Positions 37,114-49,521 of a stretch of 64,000 bases of DNA are shown here, piece after piece. The stretch comes from Gnetum montanum (Eukaryota > Plantae > Gnetophyta): positions 99,521-163,520 of the forward strand of contig MNCI01002917.1 in assembly GCA_015680685.1 (NCBI GenBank). The letters run 5' to 3'. Positions within the stretch are counted from its first letter, which is position 1, and every line of letters starts with the position of its first letter. The notes beneath the pieces are model-generated. The model did no database searches. It was not told the DNA's origin and saw only the letters and a program-made list of their open reading frames with translations. The position numbers and the translations under genes are program-made.

Positions 37114-38853
37114 ATGGATTCAACGAACACAGATAGGCCTGTTATCCGCTTTAAATTATGGCCTCCTAGTGATAACACACGGGCCACGGTTGTTAAAAAT
37201 ATGGCTAACAATCTGCGGGCTTCGACATTTTTGACAAAGAAATATGGAACGTTTGGAGAAGAGGAAGCAGACGAAAATGCCAGAGAGGTTGAAGGCAAGG
37301 CATTTACGGCTGCCAATGAGCAGGCTGCTGGGGACCCAAACGGGGATGGTAGCGCTGCTGTCCAGTTTTATGCCAAGGAAGCGAGCAGGCTTTTGTTAGA
37401 GGTCCAGAAACGAGGCCCAAAACAAAAAGCTGAGGAACAGGTGGATAAAAATTATGATGATTTTCAGGAAGATAATGAAAAAGTTGAGGAAAATTATAAA
37501 GCGGCTGAGGAAAATCAGGATCTTGCATTTAAAGAAAATGAAGAGGTAATGCTTGACAGTACTAAGGGAAAAGTTTTCGATATTTCAAAGGGCGATAGAG
37601 GTTTTCTTGAGGAGGCTGTAGCAGAGGAGATACTGAAGCCCTTATCTGATCCTGGAAGCAATTATTCAAAGATAATTTTTAGCAACAGAAGTTTTGGGAT
37701 AGATGCTGCTCGTGTGGCCGAAAGGGTGTTGATGGATGCAAATAGAAATCTAACCGATGTGGATCTTTCAGATTTCATTGCTGGAAGACCAGAGGATGAG
37801 GCACTTCAGGTAATGCAGATATTTTCATCTGTATTGGAAAGTTGTGTGCTCAGGTCATTGGATCTCTCTGAAAATGCCCTTGGCGAGAAGGGTGTCAGGG
37901 CATTTGGAGCACTTTTAAAATCTCAGAGGGTGTTGGAGGAGCTCTATTTCAAGAATAATGGTATTTCTGTTGAAGCTGCTGAGGCTATTCATGAGTTGCT
38001 TCCTGCTGTTGATAAATTGAAGATTTTGCATTTCCATAACAACATGACAGGAGATGATGGTGCAAAGGCTTTGTCAATGATTGTCAAAAAATGCTTTGTT
38101 TTAGAGGATTTCCGTTGTTCGTCAACAAGGGTTGGTACTGAAGGTGGTAAAGCTTTATGTGAAGCTCTAGCTAATGCACGTGATTTAAAAAAGTTGGATC
38201 TAAGAGACAACATGTTTGGGAGAGAGGGTGGAATTGCTTTGAGTCAAGCCTTATCTGGACATATGCATCTTACTGAAGCGTATTTGAGTTACCTTAATTT
38301 GAAAGACAAAGGAACAATTGCTGTTGCCAATAGCCTCAACGTAGCTGCACCAAATCTTAAAGTTCTGGAAATGGCAGGGAATCAGATAACTGTTAAAGCA
38401 GCTAAGGCTTTAGCAGAGTGTCTAGCTTCAAAGGGAGAGCTTAGAAAATTAGTTTTCTCAGAAAATGAATTGAAGGATCAAGGTTCGATGCTTGTTTGTG
38501 AAGCTCTTCTTAATAGTCATCCTTTTTTGAAAGAACTTGATTTGAGTGAAAATTCTATTACGAAAGAGGGAGCAATAGTTGCAGCAAAAGTATGTTTAAA
38601 TAAACCTGACTTTGTTCTGCTAAACCTGGATTCAAATCGCATCTCTGAAGAGGGAATTGAAATGGTCAATGATATACTTGAAGAATGTCAGAATGGTGTG
38701 TCTGTTCTTGGTCCTCTTGAAGATAATGAACCGGATGGTGAAGTTGATGAAGAAGATGATGGTGATGAGAGTGAAGAAGGATCTGATGAAGAAAATCATA
38801 TCAGTGATGACCAGGAAGATTTAGAAGCCAAACTGAAGGATCTTAAAATGTAG
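37114..38853 (+). CDS. RanGAP: Ran GTPase-activating protein, plant type (WPP domain, LRR GAP domain, acidic tail), 579 aa, intronless CDS
   Basis: FKLWPPSDNTR (WPP motif), FSNRSFG, DLSDFIAGRPEDEAL, LDLSENALGEKGVRAFG, LHFHNNMTGDDGA, LDLRDNMFG and a D/E-rich C-terminus. The first ATG is at 37114; the ORF-track start at 37084 is a TTG inside the splice acceptor. Confidence 0.98.
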   Translation: MDSTNTDRPVIRFKLWPPSDNTRATVVKNMANNLRASTFLTKKYGTFGEEEADENAREVEGKAFTAANEQAAGDPNGDGSAAVQFYAKEASRLLLEVQKRGPKQKAEEQVDKNYDDFQEDNEKVEENYKAAEENQDLAFKENEEVMLDSTKGKVFDISKGDRGFLEEAVAEEILKPLSDPGSNYSKIIFSNRSFGIDAARVAERVLMDANRNLTDVDLSDFIAGRPEDEALQVMQIFSSVLESCVLRSLDLSENALGEKGVRAFGALLKSQRVLEELYFKNNGISVEAAEAIHELLPAVDKLKILHFHNNMTGDDGAKALSMIVKKCFVLEDFRCSSTRVGTEGGKALCEALANARDLKKLDLRDNMFGREGGIALSQALSGHMHLTEAYLSYLNLKDKGTIAVANSLNVAAPNLKVLEMAGNQITVKAAKALAECLASKGELRKLVFSENELKDQGSMLVCEALLNSHPFLKELDLSENSITKEGAIVAAKVCLNKPDFVLLNLDSNRISEEGIEMVNDILEECQNGVSVLGPLEDNEPDGEVDEEDDGDESEEGSDEENHISDDQEDLEAKLKDLKM

Positions 38854-41800
38854 AAGGCAACCCCTTTCTTCAATATTTCAGGCTTTTTACCCAATACTGG
38901 TCCATTTTTGTCGACCTACAGTAATCATTTTTGCTCAAATCATGCCTTTTTTTAAGTGTTCAATTTTCTGGATTTAACTGTGAAGAAATCTACTGATGTG
39001 TTCCCATTTGTAGAGAATCGAAGTTTCCTCTTTAGACGATTAGTTCATGTTGCTATACTATTATTTTCACATCATCTGCAGTGACAATGCTAAAATATGT
39101 TTATGGGAATGAGTTGGTTATTTTGTGAATGCAAATCGTGAAAAACGCATGGGATTGGTTTAGTTTACATGCTGATAAGCTTCGAAATTGTGTAGTTGTC
39201 ATTTAGGGGCCGGTATGATGTGACATAAATCTTGGATATTGAATGAAAATAGTTGCTTTTTTACTTGGTTTAACTCTTCATCGTTGGGAGTATTTAATGA
39301 TCTAGTAAAGAATGGTTTTGCTACCAGGTTGGTAAGATATTGTTCTTATATATTTTCACGAAATTATTGGTAAGGTGCCTGCAAAGTAGGACGGATTTGA
39401 TGTTTCCAGTTTGCTTGGGCATTCTTTTGAAGTAGGCAGAATGCTTAAAATTTTTTTTGAGTTGAAAAGTTTAAGCCCTTAGGAAATTTTCATTAGTAGT
39501 GCTTGTGTTCATCTTTCCTTCTGTTATCCACGGATAATTGGATCCTGGATTCGTTGTTCAGTCTTTTGACTATCCGTAAAGTTCTAGGTAGAGGGGATGT
39601 TTCTTCCTATTTTAAAACCTTGGGACTGGACGAAGCTCTCCTCTTTTGAAATCGTATTCTTAGCACTTGATGTTATCTCGATAGAAGAAACTAAGTTTAA
39701 CAAAAGGCAGCAGGAGCCCAAAGAACCAGAAAACATTAAACTTGATCGGGGTTTAGAAGACAACATACATGAGGGACAAATATATGATCTAACAACAGCA
39801 GTATTATCAATTGCAAAACATCAAATAAGGCGCAGTATACCCAGGGACAATTGGTTTGTATATACTGCAAATTTCAGACGGAGCTGTAATTTAAGAATTT
39901 TTTAGCAAAAACTAAAATGGTTCTGTCTGGTGAAATCAGCGATTACTTTCTGCAACGGCAATTTATTGTAGGTCGACGTTACAGCCGATTCGGATGGACT
40001 ATAAGGTGAACAATATTATTTTTTATTTCCATTTTTTAAATTTCGTGGGTTCTTTATGGCCTGCAAATTCCATTCCCTACTTTTACCCTAAATGCACCTC
40101 CGTGTCAGCACCAAGCAGATTCCCACGTGACTATGAGGATGTTCCATGCCAATAGAAAAACATCATCCGCAAGAAAGATTAACCACGGCAAAGATTTTGA
40201 GAAAGGTTGCTTTTTTTTTTTGGGAATAAAAACTCAATGCACAGTAGCAAAGATTTGGGGAAAAGCTTATGCCCCCTCCAACAAATTGGAATAAGAACTA
40301 AAACATTTGATCTTGTCGTGAAGAAAAATTCAATCGAACCAAAATGAGTTGATATTTACAGTAGACAGGATCTCTTTGCCCAGTGTCTTAAGTTTTTCTT
40401 TTTATATTTCTTTGGCCATTGCCCATTTGTTCCAAGTAAAATCGGTTTTGCAATCGTACTTTTAGATGTCCGGAGTTTTCTTTTTATCTTCCGTTGGCCA
40501 CTTCTTATTGGCATCTCACTTTTAGATTAGCTTATTATGCACATCCGGGATTTTGTCGTTAGTTTGCTACGACAATTATTTAGTTTGCTTCCACAATTAT
40601 GTTGTTCTCTTTGTAGGATGTTTTATTTTGATTTTAGATCTTGCAAAGAGCGGCTGGGATGTAGTGTGGATGCATTTTTGCACAGCCAAGTAATATGGCC
40701 ACAAAGGATTTGTATTTTATGGTCGAATCTGATATATTAAACAAATTACTGCAACAATTGCAATCAACCGTTTGTAATACCCTGCAAATGGCATGATTCA
40801 GTGATTGATTGTTGCTGTTATTCGATTCGCAATTGAGAGTTTGCTCTGCCTTTCATTTCTGGTTCAGGGGTACCAAATTGATGAAACTAACAAATCAAAA
40901 TTCGAAGCATAGTTGTGATTTTTGGGCTCCTGTTTTATGACATGTAACTCGGCAAAACTTTGGAGTTCTTGTTGCCGTTGGGGGGTAGTGGGTATAGCTC
41001 AGAGCCTTGCAATTCCTTTGCGTTACGCAATATCAGTTTTGAATTCAACTTGGAAGGCTTTAAAACTGCAAAGAATATCCTTATGGGAAGTTGTATCCCA
41101 GTATTGAATTCCTGGGTCTTAAAAATAGATATCAAAGATTCAGTGACTCTAAAACATTATTTTGGCTACCAAAGTGGACGATTCACCGAAAAGAAAAGGA
41201 TGCATAAAACACACACAATAACTTTGACATGGTAAACGTTTGAATTACCATGCTTAAGGTATGCAATCCATCTGAAGCAGATCATGTAGTGTAGGTATGA
41301 TGACCTTCAAGACTTTGTGGTGATGTCATAGCATGGATCGATTCATGTTTTGAATTAACACTTTACATGCTTTTACAATCAAAGAAGATATTACAGAAAC
41401 TTAGCTAGAAATGACTCTTTCCGAATCATTTAATTCACATATAAAGTTCTAAGCATTCTGGCAGAAATTATCACTATTGAAGCTGTTGGGTGCCTTGTGT
41501 TGGATAAAGGCCGGTACCATGATGTGATTAGACACAATTTTAATGAAAAAGAAAATCTGAGTCTTATCACATTGAATTCCATTTCATAATAAGAATTCAA
41601 TAGTATGTTTACAGCTAAAGAAGGCTTGATTTTGATTTTCATCTTTCATGTTGTGATCCAAAAGATAAAATTCATTTGAGATGGGTTCTACTATTCTGAT
41701 TCCAAAATGCAATTGGATAAACCAAGGAGATATGGTATTGATTTTTTGAATTAAAAAAAAAAAAAAACTTGGGCTTTGCTCCATGTCACTTAAGTAGGTA

Positions 41801-42210
41801 AGATTATAAGTTTAACAAAAATTTTAAAATAAGAGCATCGACAAACATGGCAATGTTAAGTTGATATTGCAGAAGCATATTACAAATACACCCAAATTTC
41901 ATATCTTAAATTAATAAATTATGCTCCAAAGTCAAGATTTAGTAATTAAAGATTAGTTGTATTTTTGGTCCACAGAAATATCAGCTGGTTGATAGCCAAG
42001 TATACAGAGGCATCGACATTAAAGTAATTAAAACTTAAAAAAACGCATCCAAATCCAACCGCATAAAAATCTGTTTGGTCATTGAACTGAAGCAGCATGT
42101 CTAGTGGCAGAAAACAATGTTTATAATATCAAAAACAAACAAAAAATAATACCCAATAGCACACCTTATAAATACTGGTCAAACAAATACAGTTAGTTTG
42201 CATGACATGC

Positions 42211-42337
42211 TTTCAGGTAGCTAAGATGATCAAGGAAATGATGTAGGTGAAATATTATAGTGCCCAAAAACTACTTTCTGCTAGCTGAGATGATCAAGGA
42301 AATGATGTGGCCAAATATTATAATGCCCAAAAACTAC
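42211..42337. repeat. 64-bp tandem duplication
   Basis: agatgatcaaggaaatgatgt...aaatattata.tgcccaaaaactac occurs twice. Confidence 0.9.
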
Positions 42338-42919
42338 AGGTTTCTTAGCATTTGGCATGGTTACAGAATAAATGAAGATCAATGAAAGAACATGAAGATA
42401 AATATTTGGGACTTTAGCTTGCCTGACATATTGCCACATAACCAAAATTACTGGTACATATATAGATCGAGTAAGCTTAGCTGCCAACAGTTCAATACAC
42501 ATACGATGACTTATTCCTTGCAGAGGAACCACTCCAACTGAGACGTTACAGGATTAAACAATTCGGGTTAAAAAACCTTCACAATTGCGGTACAGAAGCT
42601 TTACTATTACACATACCATAAAGAACAGTTTGTGTCATCCACATATTTTTACACAGTAAGAAACTTCGAACAATTTTCACATCAATGAAGAGTTGAGGAC
42701 TCCCTTACATTTTCTTTATTCCATGCTTCAGGCTTTGATGTCTTAACAGTGCCTTGATACTCACATTTTAGCTTATGCAAGCACAAGACCTTGCTTGGCA
42801 ACATATTGTGCGTAGGAATGTGGGATGGCTTGGAATTTTCTCATAGACATATAACAAGGACAAACCAGTACAATTTCAATGTAGAATTTACGTAGATCCT
42901 TATTTTTGGAAGTAAAGTT

Positions 42920-43457
42920 TGTTAGACTTTATGGACAGTGCAGCAGTATCTATATTCAGTTGAATATGCAATGCTACAGAATCTAAAGATATCAAAACTC
43001 CAACCTATAAAACTATAATGAATACAATAAACCAAAATATTTTAGAACTAGATTTGTATAGCCTAATGCAGATCAGCTAGACTAGGATACAACAAAAAGC
43101 ATAAAGAAGAGTAAAAGAAAACCTTTAAAAGCATATTACAGCCTTGACACCTTAAATTGTGCTCCAAATGAGCTTCATTGAAGATCTTCTTGCCTATGCC
43201 TATTGTTGCAACTGAATTGGATCTTATTTGCATCTGATTAGATTGCCTTGATGGTAGGCAAATCACATTTTATTGGCTAGGCAAGGGACCACAACAGCTT
43301 TTAATGGAGTAGCATTAGTGCTTCTTTCCATCATGGGAGCATCAATACTCCATTATTAGAGTAGTGTTACATGGCAATAATCGAAACCATAATTGTTGCA
43401 AGTTAATAGATCTTTAATTAACCAATACCTATGAAATGTGAGACATTTATTCTTACA
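42920..43457 (-). repeat. Copia 3' LTR
   Basis: Direct repeat of 48869-49409, adjacent to the PPT. Confidence 0.92.
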
Positions 43458-44108
43458 TTCTCCCACTTGGTCCACTTCATCAACACTATATGTTTACAAC
43501 TATATCAAGGCCATGCTTTGACTCTAGCTATAACTCTAATTTAAATGAAGAGTCTCAATACATGAATCATGGCGATCATATCTATAAGTTTGAATATTTC
43601 CTTTCATGTATTACAATGCATGTCACTCCGTAAGTGATCACTTTTTAAGCTATTTCTTTACAAATGATGCCTTCTAAATCATTCTGGGTCCTACTTTAGT
43701 TATTCCAATAGATAGGACATGAACTTTATGTGCACTTCAAATATGCCATTTATTATCCAAAACTCCTTTAGTAGTGTATATATAAGAGTAAGAAGCAAAC
43801 TATATATGAATTAAACAAGCTCCATATAATCCACATGATTTATATGTCATTTTGTTGGTAATGCTTTAATTATGAGATCAAAATAATCAGCTTAGTACTA
43901 ATATGTTGTATATTAGCCTCCTGCTTTTTTATTTCTATCTTGAATAGCAAGGTACTTTATATTGATATGTTTGTTGTAACTTTCACTTTCACCACTCTTA
44001 CCATAAGCTAAAATTGCAACTAAGTCACCATAATAATTCCTTATTGGCCTTGCTATAGATCCAATAACTTTTAGACCAAAGATAACATTTCTTAATCATC
44101 ATGCTTAT

Positions 44109-44917
44109 TGATGAATCATGTTTTGACTATTGATATCGGAGCCCAAGATGCTATGTTGAATATCCAATATCACAGGGTATATGCTAGCCTATAAATATAG
44201 TGCTTGGGCTCATGGTTTTAGAGAGAGTTTTTGTGAGAGTATAATGAAGCTCTTGTAGTTTGTTTTTTCCACACTTAGAATATTTTCTGAGTGCCCATAG
44301 TAGGAGTCTAAGTGTGTACAGATCTTTGTTTGAGCATTGATGTACCTAAGCATAGTAGTGTGATGGGAATAAAAATGAATCCTTTTGATAATCCTTGTAG
44401 CATTGAGAATAGATTAATGTTTTCTTTAATGCATTTGATATTCATGCACTTTACTTTAATGCATTTGCATGAAGCAATTAATTTCCAGTTGTTAATGAAC
44501 ATAAGCATGACCACTTCAAGCATATGTGTAGCACTTGGTAACCCAAAAATGCTTAACATTTGGTAACCTAGTAGCGCTACATGCATTTAGGATGTATTTG
44601 AAGAGTGGAAACAAGTACTTGTGTTAGGTTAGCTAGGCAGTAGATGAATTAGATCTTAAATTACTTTACCTTTTATTTTGGTTCTAGGTGATTAAAATTA
44701 TAAAACATAAATTGATAAAAATCACAGACCTTAGTTGCACTTAACCATATATTTGTACTTCATAAGTGGAATTGAGAAGACAATGATTCTTTCAATTAGA
44801 TTTCACTTCCTTGAAACTAGTGTACTTAAGAACTTAAGGTCTGTGGAATTCGAGCAAATTGTGCATGAACGCTTGTGATTTGTATGGTTGGGTGTAGAGG
44901 TACCTTGCTGCTCATCA
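44109..44917 (+). mobile_element. Athila-family solo LTR, TSD CTTAT/CTTGT, in the Copia RNase H
   Basis: TGATGAATC...GCTCATCA termini. Removal restores EFNTCDKVISQA**LRNV. Confidence 0.93.
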
Positions 44918-45877
44918 CTTGTGAAATAACTTTATCACATGTATTAAATTCTATCATTAAGGAATTATGTGGGCATTACTTTACAAGGATATTCATCACC
45001 TTTTAAGAGGGCAAGCTATCCTTCATCTTAAATCTTTTGAGAAAGGAATAAACCCAAGTCACCACTTGTAAGTATAAGGTCACTCATGTATAAGATCAAG
45101 AAAATTATTTACTCCCACTATTCTTAAGGTATCATAACATTGTAAAACTTTATATACCATTTTTGGGAGACTAGCTTTATTTATCTAACTTGCAAGTCTA
45201 GTGACAGTGTTGGTAGAAATCCTTAAGAAAATATTATTTTTCACATCTATTTGGTGAAGTTCTAATTCAAAATGAGTCACCAAAGCCATGATTATTCTAA
45301 ATAAAACCCTCTATAATACTTTAGAGAAAGTTTCATGGTAATCAATGCCCTCTAGTTCTATATCATTTGACATTTCCAAAAGATTCATATTGGTCTTATA
45401 GATCCATTGGTGATGATTTCTTTGGTAATTCAAAGAGATTCTAAACTTTGATTTGATTAATTTTGAGCTCCAAGACCTTTATTTCTTTATGGCATTGTAC
45501 CAAAGTGTGAAATTTCCTCCACTCATGACTTATGAAAATGAAAAAGGATCATCCTTGGAAGATTACCAATTTCTCTTTATCCTTTAAAGATTCATTAGAT
45601 TCCTTTATTTCCTCAACTATAACCTCCAAGGAAATTCTATTCCACTAAATTTTAAGATCCTTATAAATTTAACTTTTTTATGTAAACTCAAATCTTCTTA
45701 TGGGTTGAAGTTGCATCACGCCTAAATTTACATGTCAAATTCATTGATAAGACTAGTAAATCTAAAATAAATAATCCATACCTATGGGCGTAGGAATATT
45801 TAATTTAGATTCACCATCTTATACCAATTAGGTCATAAAAATAACCACCTCCTTGTGGGGTCAAGCAATTAACTTAT

Positions 45878-46754
45878 TAATGAGCAACGAGGTATCTCTA
45901 CGTCCAACCATACGAATTACAAGTGTTCACACATGATCTGGTCAAATTCCGTGGATGGAACTAGTTGTGCATCTAAATTATTTTTCTTTGATCATAGTTT
46001 GCTATCTTCCCACTTGGACTACTGGTAGCTTTGTCACCTATGGTTTAGTCCAAAGTGAGGCATATGATGTTGTCTATTTCTATGCTACTCCTGATGATGA
46101 TAAAAAGATAAATTAACTAAGCTAATGGACATTGAAAAATAAGATTTAAACTAGCCTATGTGCGATGAGTATTCATCCCCAATTGTCTGTACATGCCTTG
46201 GACTTCATATAACTACCATTGGAATTGCCAAGCGTACATCATTGGGTGTTCCAATCGATACACTATTGGATTACCAAGTACTTACACTTAAGCACTTGTG
46301 GTTAAGTCATGCTCATTCCACTTAATGACAAGAATAGTAAATAGCAATAAATGGAAACATTAACTAAAAATAGCAAATAATTAAATAATTAAAGCAATAC
46401 TAAATCTAAGTGAATGCAACAATGATGGAAGTAATTGCAATCTTTATTTCCAGTCATGTAACATGTCCAAGTATATCACACTCAAAAAAAGGTGTCATAC
46501 AATTATAAACATCACACTACGGGCATGCATTGGGAATAACAGAACTTGAATTCAGAAATCTAAGAAAGACTATCAAAAATTAAGAACTAAAACTATGTGC
46601 CAACTATGCACCCAAGTGTTGTATTTATAGGCTAGCACAAAAAAGATGATATTAGATATTCAACATCATTTCTTGGGACCTGATATCACATATCTCATAT
46701 CGGAGCCTCGATATAAGTATCAAATATCAGGCCTAACACAATGATGACTCATCA
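45878..46754 (-). mobile_element. Athila-family solo LTR, TSD CTTAT/CTTAT
   Basis: taatgagc...gactcatca termini and a perfect TSD. Confidence 0.93.
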
Positions 46755-47240
46755 CTTATGAACTAATTGCAATTTTTCAAATGACACCATTATCTTTAAA
46801 ACATCATTATGATTGAAGGTGTAGTGGCTATCCCAAAACCATATTAAAGTCTTTCTTAATATGGCACCAAGAATATGATGAATAATCTTTACAATTCATA
46901 AATTTATCCAATAATCTCAATAGCACTTCATCATATATACATGATAACATATAAAAACATTCATGCCTTATGCTACTAGCATGGAATGCACAAGAATATA
47001 ATCTATATGTTCAAAATAATCCTTAAGCTACATTTTGCTAAAACCTTATTTATCATGCAACTATAGCACTATAAGGCTACTTCTAAAGTATGCAAATGCA
47101 ACCAATTGATGTACAAAAAATATTCATACTTTATATGCAATTAAAAAAATGCTTTATATAAGTAATAAATTCATGCATTAACCTTTTTAAGCTATTAAAC
47201 TGAAGAAAATGTGAATATGACTTAAGATGTTGTGGCTACT

Positions 47241-48055
47241 TGATGAATCATCAACTGGCTATGTCGATGCAACCCCATCAATGCAACCTTATTGACACAT
47301 GGAAAGATGCATCCATGTAGTGTCATGTCATGCCTATATAAATGTGTGCACTTACCACATTTGTGTAGCCAAGTTTTATTTCTCTAGAGTTAGAATATTT
47401 TTTGAGTGTCTGTAGTAGGACTTCAAGCAATTGTACGGATCTTTATTTGAGCATCTTGTACCTAAACACATTGATATGATTTGCAAAAAAAATGAGATTC
47501 TTGATATTCCTTGCAATACTTGGGATAGTTTAATATTTCCTTCATGCACTTTATCATTAATGCATTATATATTTTTGTTCTAATTAATTAATGCACTCAA
47601 TAATGAACACATAAATACAACTACTTTGAGTATACTGTTTAATGTTTGGTAATACCAATAGTGGCTATTTGGTACGCCTAGCAATAGACACTTGGTAACC
47701 CAGTAGTGTTGATATGGGTTCAAGATGTGTACAGAAAGTGGGCCTGAATACTTAGGTTAGTTAGTCTCAGAACCATTAGATAGATTAGTTAATTTTCAAC
47801 CATTTACTTTTCCAATGCTTAGGATTAAATATATAAAAATATAAAATATAAATAAATATTGTATGCCTTAGTTCACACTTAACCATACATGTGTGCCTAC
47901 ACAAGTGAGAGTTAAGAAGACAACAATCATATTCCCCAAGTCACCATCTTTGTCTATAGGTATACTTAGGAGCTAAGTCCATGGAAGTTGACCCTCTTGC
48001 TAATGCATGCTTATGATCTGTATGATTGAGCAAAGGGACTACTTGTTGCTCATCA
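47241..48055 (+). mobile_element. Athila-family solo LTR, TSD CTACT/CTACT
   Basis: TGATGAATC...GCTCATCA termini and a perfect TSD. Confidence 0.93.
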
Positions 48056-48868
48056 CTACTCTTAAGTCACATCACATATTTCCAAATCAAATGATATAAT
48101 GCATAAAATAAAACCAATTTATCTTTGTCCATCATCTCTCAAATGTTTATGCTCACAGATAGTTTCTACTTTGTATGTAAGTGTAGAGAGGTGTATCATA
48201 AATTCCATTGTAAATTGAAGTCCATGAGCTTTTAAGGCTTGAGTAGCCATTAAAATCTGCAGCTATGTTGATAACTAGGGCTCCATTGCTAGTAGACTAA
48301 ACCAAATGAGCCATTGTGATTCTATGAGTAGGGAGAAAAGCAATGGTAGAGAAAACCTCAAAGCCAAATGAGAACCTCAGGCAAGAACCAAAGCTTGAAA
48401 CTGGACCAAGACACTTAAAAGGAAAACACCTCAATCAAGGTACAAGGACAATCCATTGAATTAGAAGCTCAAAACCAAAGTAGACCAGAGAAACTCTCAA
48501 AAGAAAACGTCAATCCAAACAAGATATAGTTACGCGTAACTAACAATGCATGATAATAAACGGCAAGAAACTTCAAAACTCTCAAATAGAAGCTCAATCT
48601 AGGATGCAAAGCTTGAAAAGAAGACAAACACCAAAACGTGAAAACAAAAGCTTAATCCAAACAGAAACGCAAAGCACCTAAGCCACAAGAGCTCAGAGTG
48701 TACTGAATGGCTCAAGAGAAGCTCAAAACAAACCGAAATGCTCTTAAAGCAAGCAAGCACACGATGAAAACAGAAGCTCAAACTAGGAGTAGGCCTAAAC
48801 ACCGCTATAGCAACAATAGAACCCACAGAAGATGCAGATACAAAAACAAAACCTTGCTTCAATACCAC

Positions 48869-49409
48869 TGTTAGACTTTATGGATCATCGGAATCTTAAA
48901 AGCTAGCTCCAGTTGAATATGCAATGCTACAAAGTCTGAAGATATCAAAACTCCAACTTATAAAACTATAATGAATAAAATTAACTAAAACACTTTAGAA
49001 CTAGATTTGTATAACCTAATGTAGATCAGCTGCAAGAATCTTAACACAGCACAAGAAGCTAGATTAGGATACAACAAAAAGCATAAACAAGAGTTAGAAA
49101 AATTTTTAAAAGCAGATTACAGCCTTGACAGCTTGAATTGTCCTCCAAATGAGCTTCATTGAAGATCTTCTTGCCTATGACTGTTGCTGCAACTGAATTG
49201 GATCTTATTTGCATCTAATTAGATTACCTTGATGGTAGGCAAATCACATTTCATAGGCAAGAGACCCCAACAGCCTTTAATGAAGTAACGTTAGTGCTTC
49301 CCTCCATCATGCAGCATTAATGCTCCGTAACTAGAGTAGTGTTAAACTGTCATAACCTAGGAATCTTTAATTAACCAATACCTATGAAAAGTGGCTATTT
49401 ATTCTTACA
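48869..49409 (-). repeat. Copia 5' LTR
   Basis: Direct repeat of 42920-43457, adjacent to the PBS. Confidence 0.92.
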
Positions 49410-49412
49410 ACA

Positions 49413-49521
49413 GTTTTCCATCCCATGACATTTTTATAATTAAAAAGAATCATCATAAAATATTTTGTTTTCCATCCCATGACATTTTTATAATTAGAAA
49501 GAATCGTCATAACGTATTTTG
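49413..49521. repeat. 54-bp tandem duplication next to the Copia LTR
   Basis: gttttccatcccatgacatttttataatta.aaagaatc.tcataa..tattttg occurs twice. Confidence 0.92.

Larger units (their letters stand above)
42920..49409 (-). mobile_element. Ty1/copia element with both LTRs, internally deleted and decayed, carrying three nested solo LTRs
   Basis: LTRs 42920-43457 and 48869-49409 (minus TGTAAGAAT...GTCTAACA). PBS TGGTATTGAAGC (Met-like, 48856-48867). PPT GGACCAAGTGGGAGAA (43458-43473). RT GIDYHETFS..IMALVTHFELELHQIDVK (~45240-45350). RH LRNVI..KHINIKYL. Flanks AAAGTT and ACAGTT. Confidence 0.9.

Noticed and set aside
37017-38213. Antisense ORFs overlapping RanGAP (37017-37316, 37304-37528, 37989-38213)
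   Set aside because: Shadow frames of the real CDS with no independent features.
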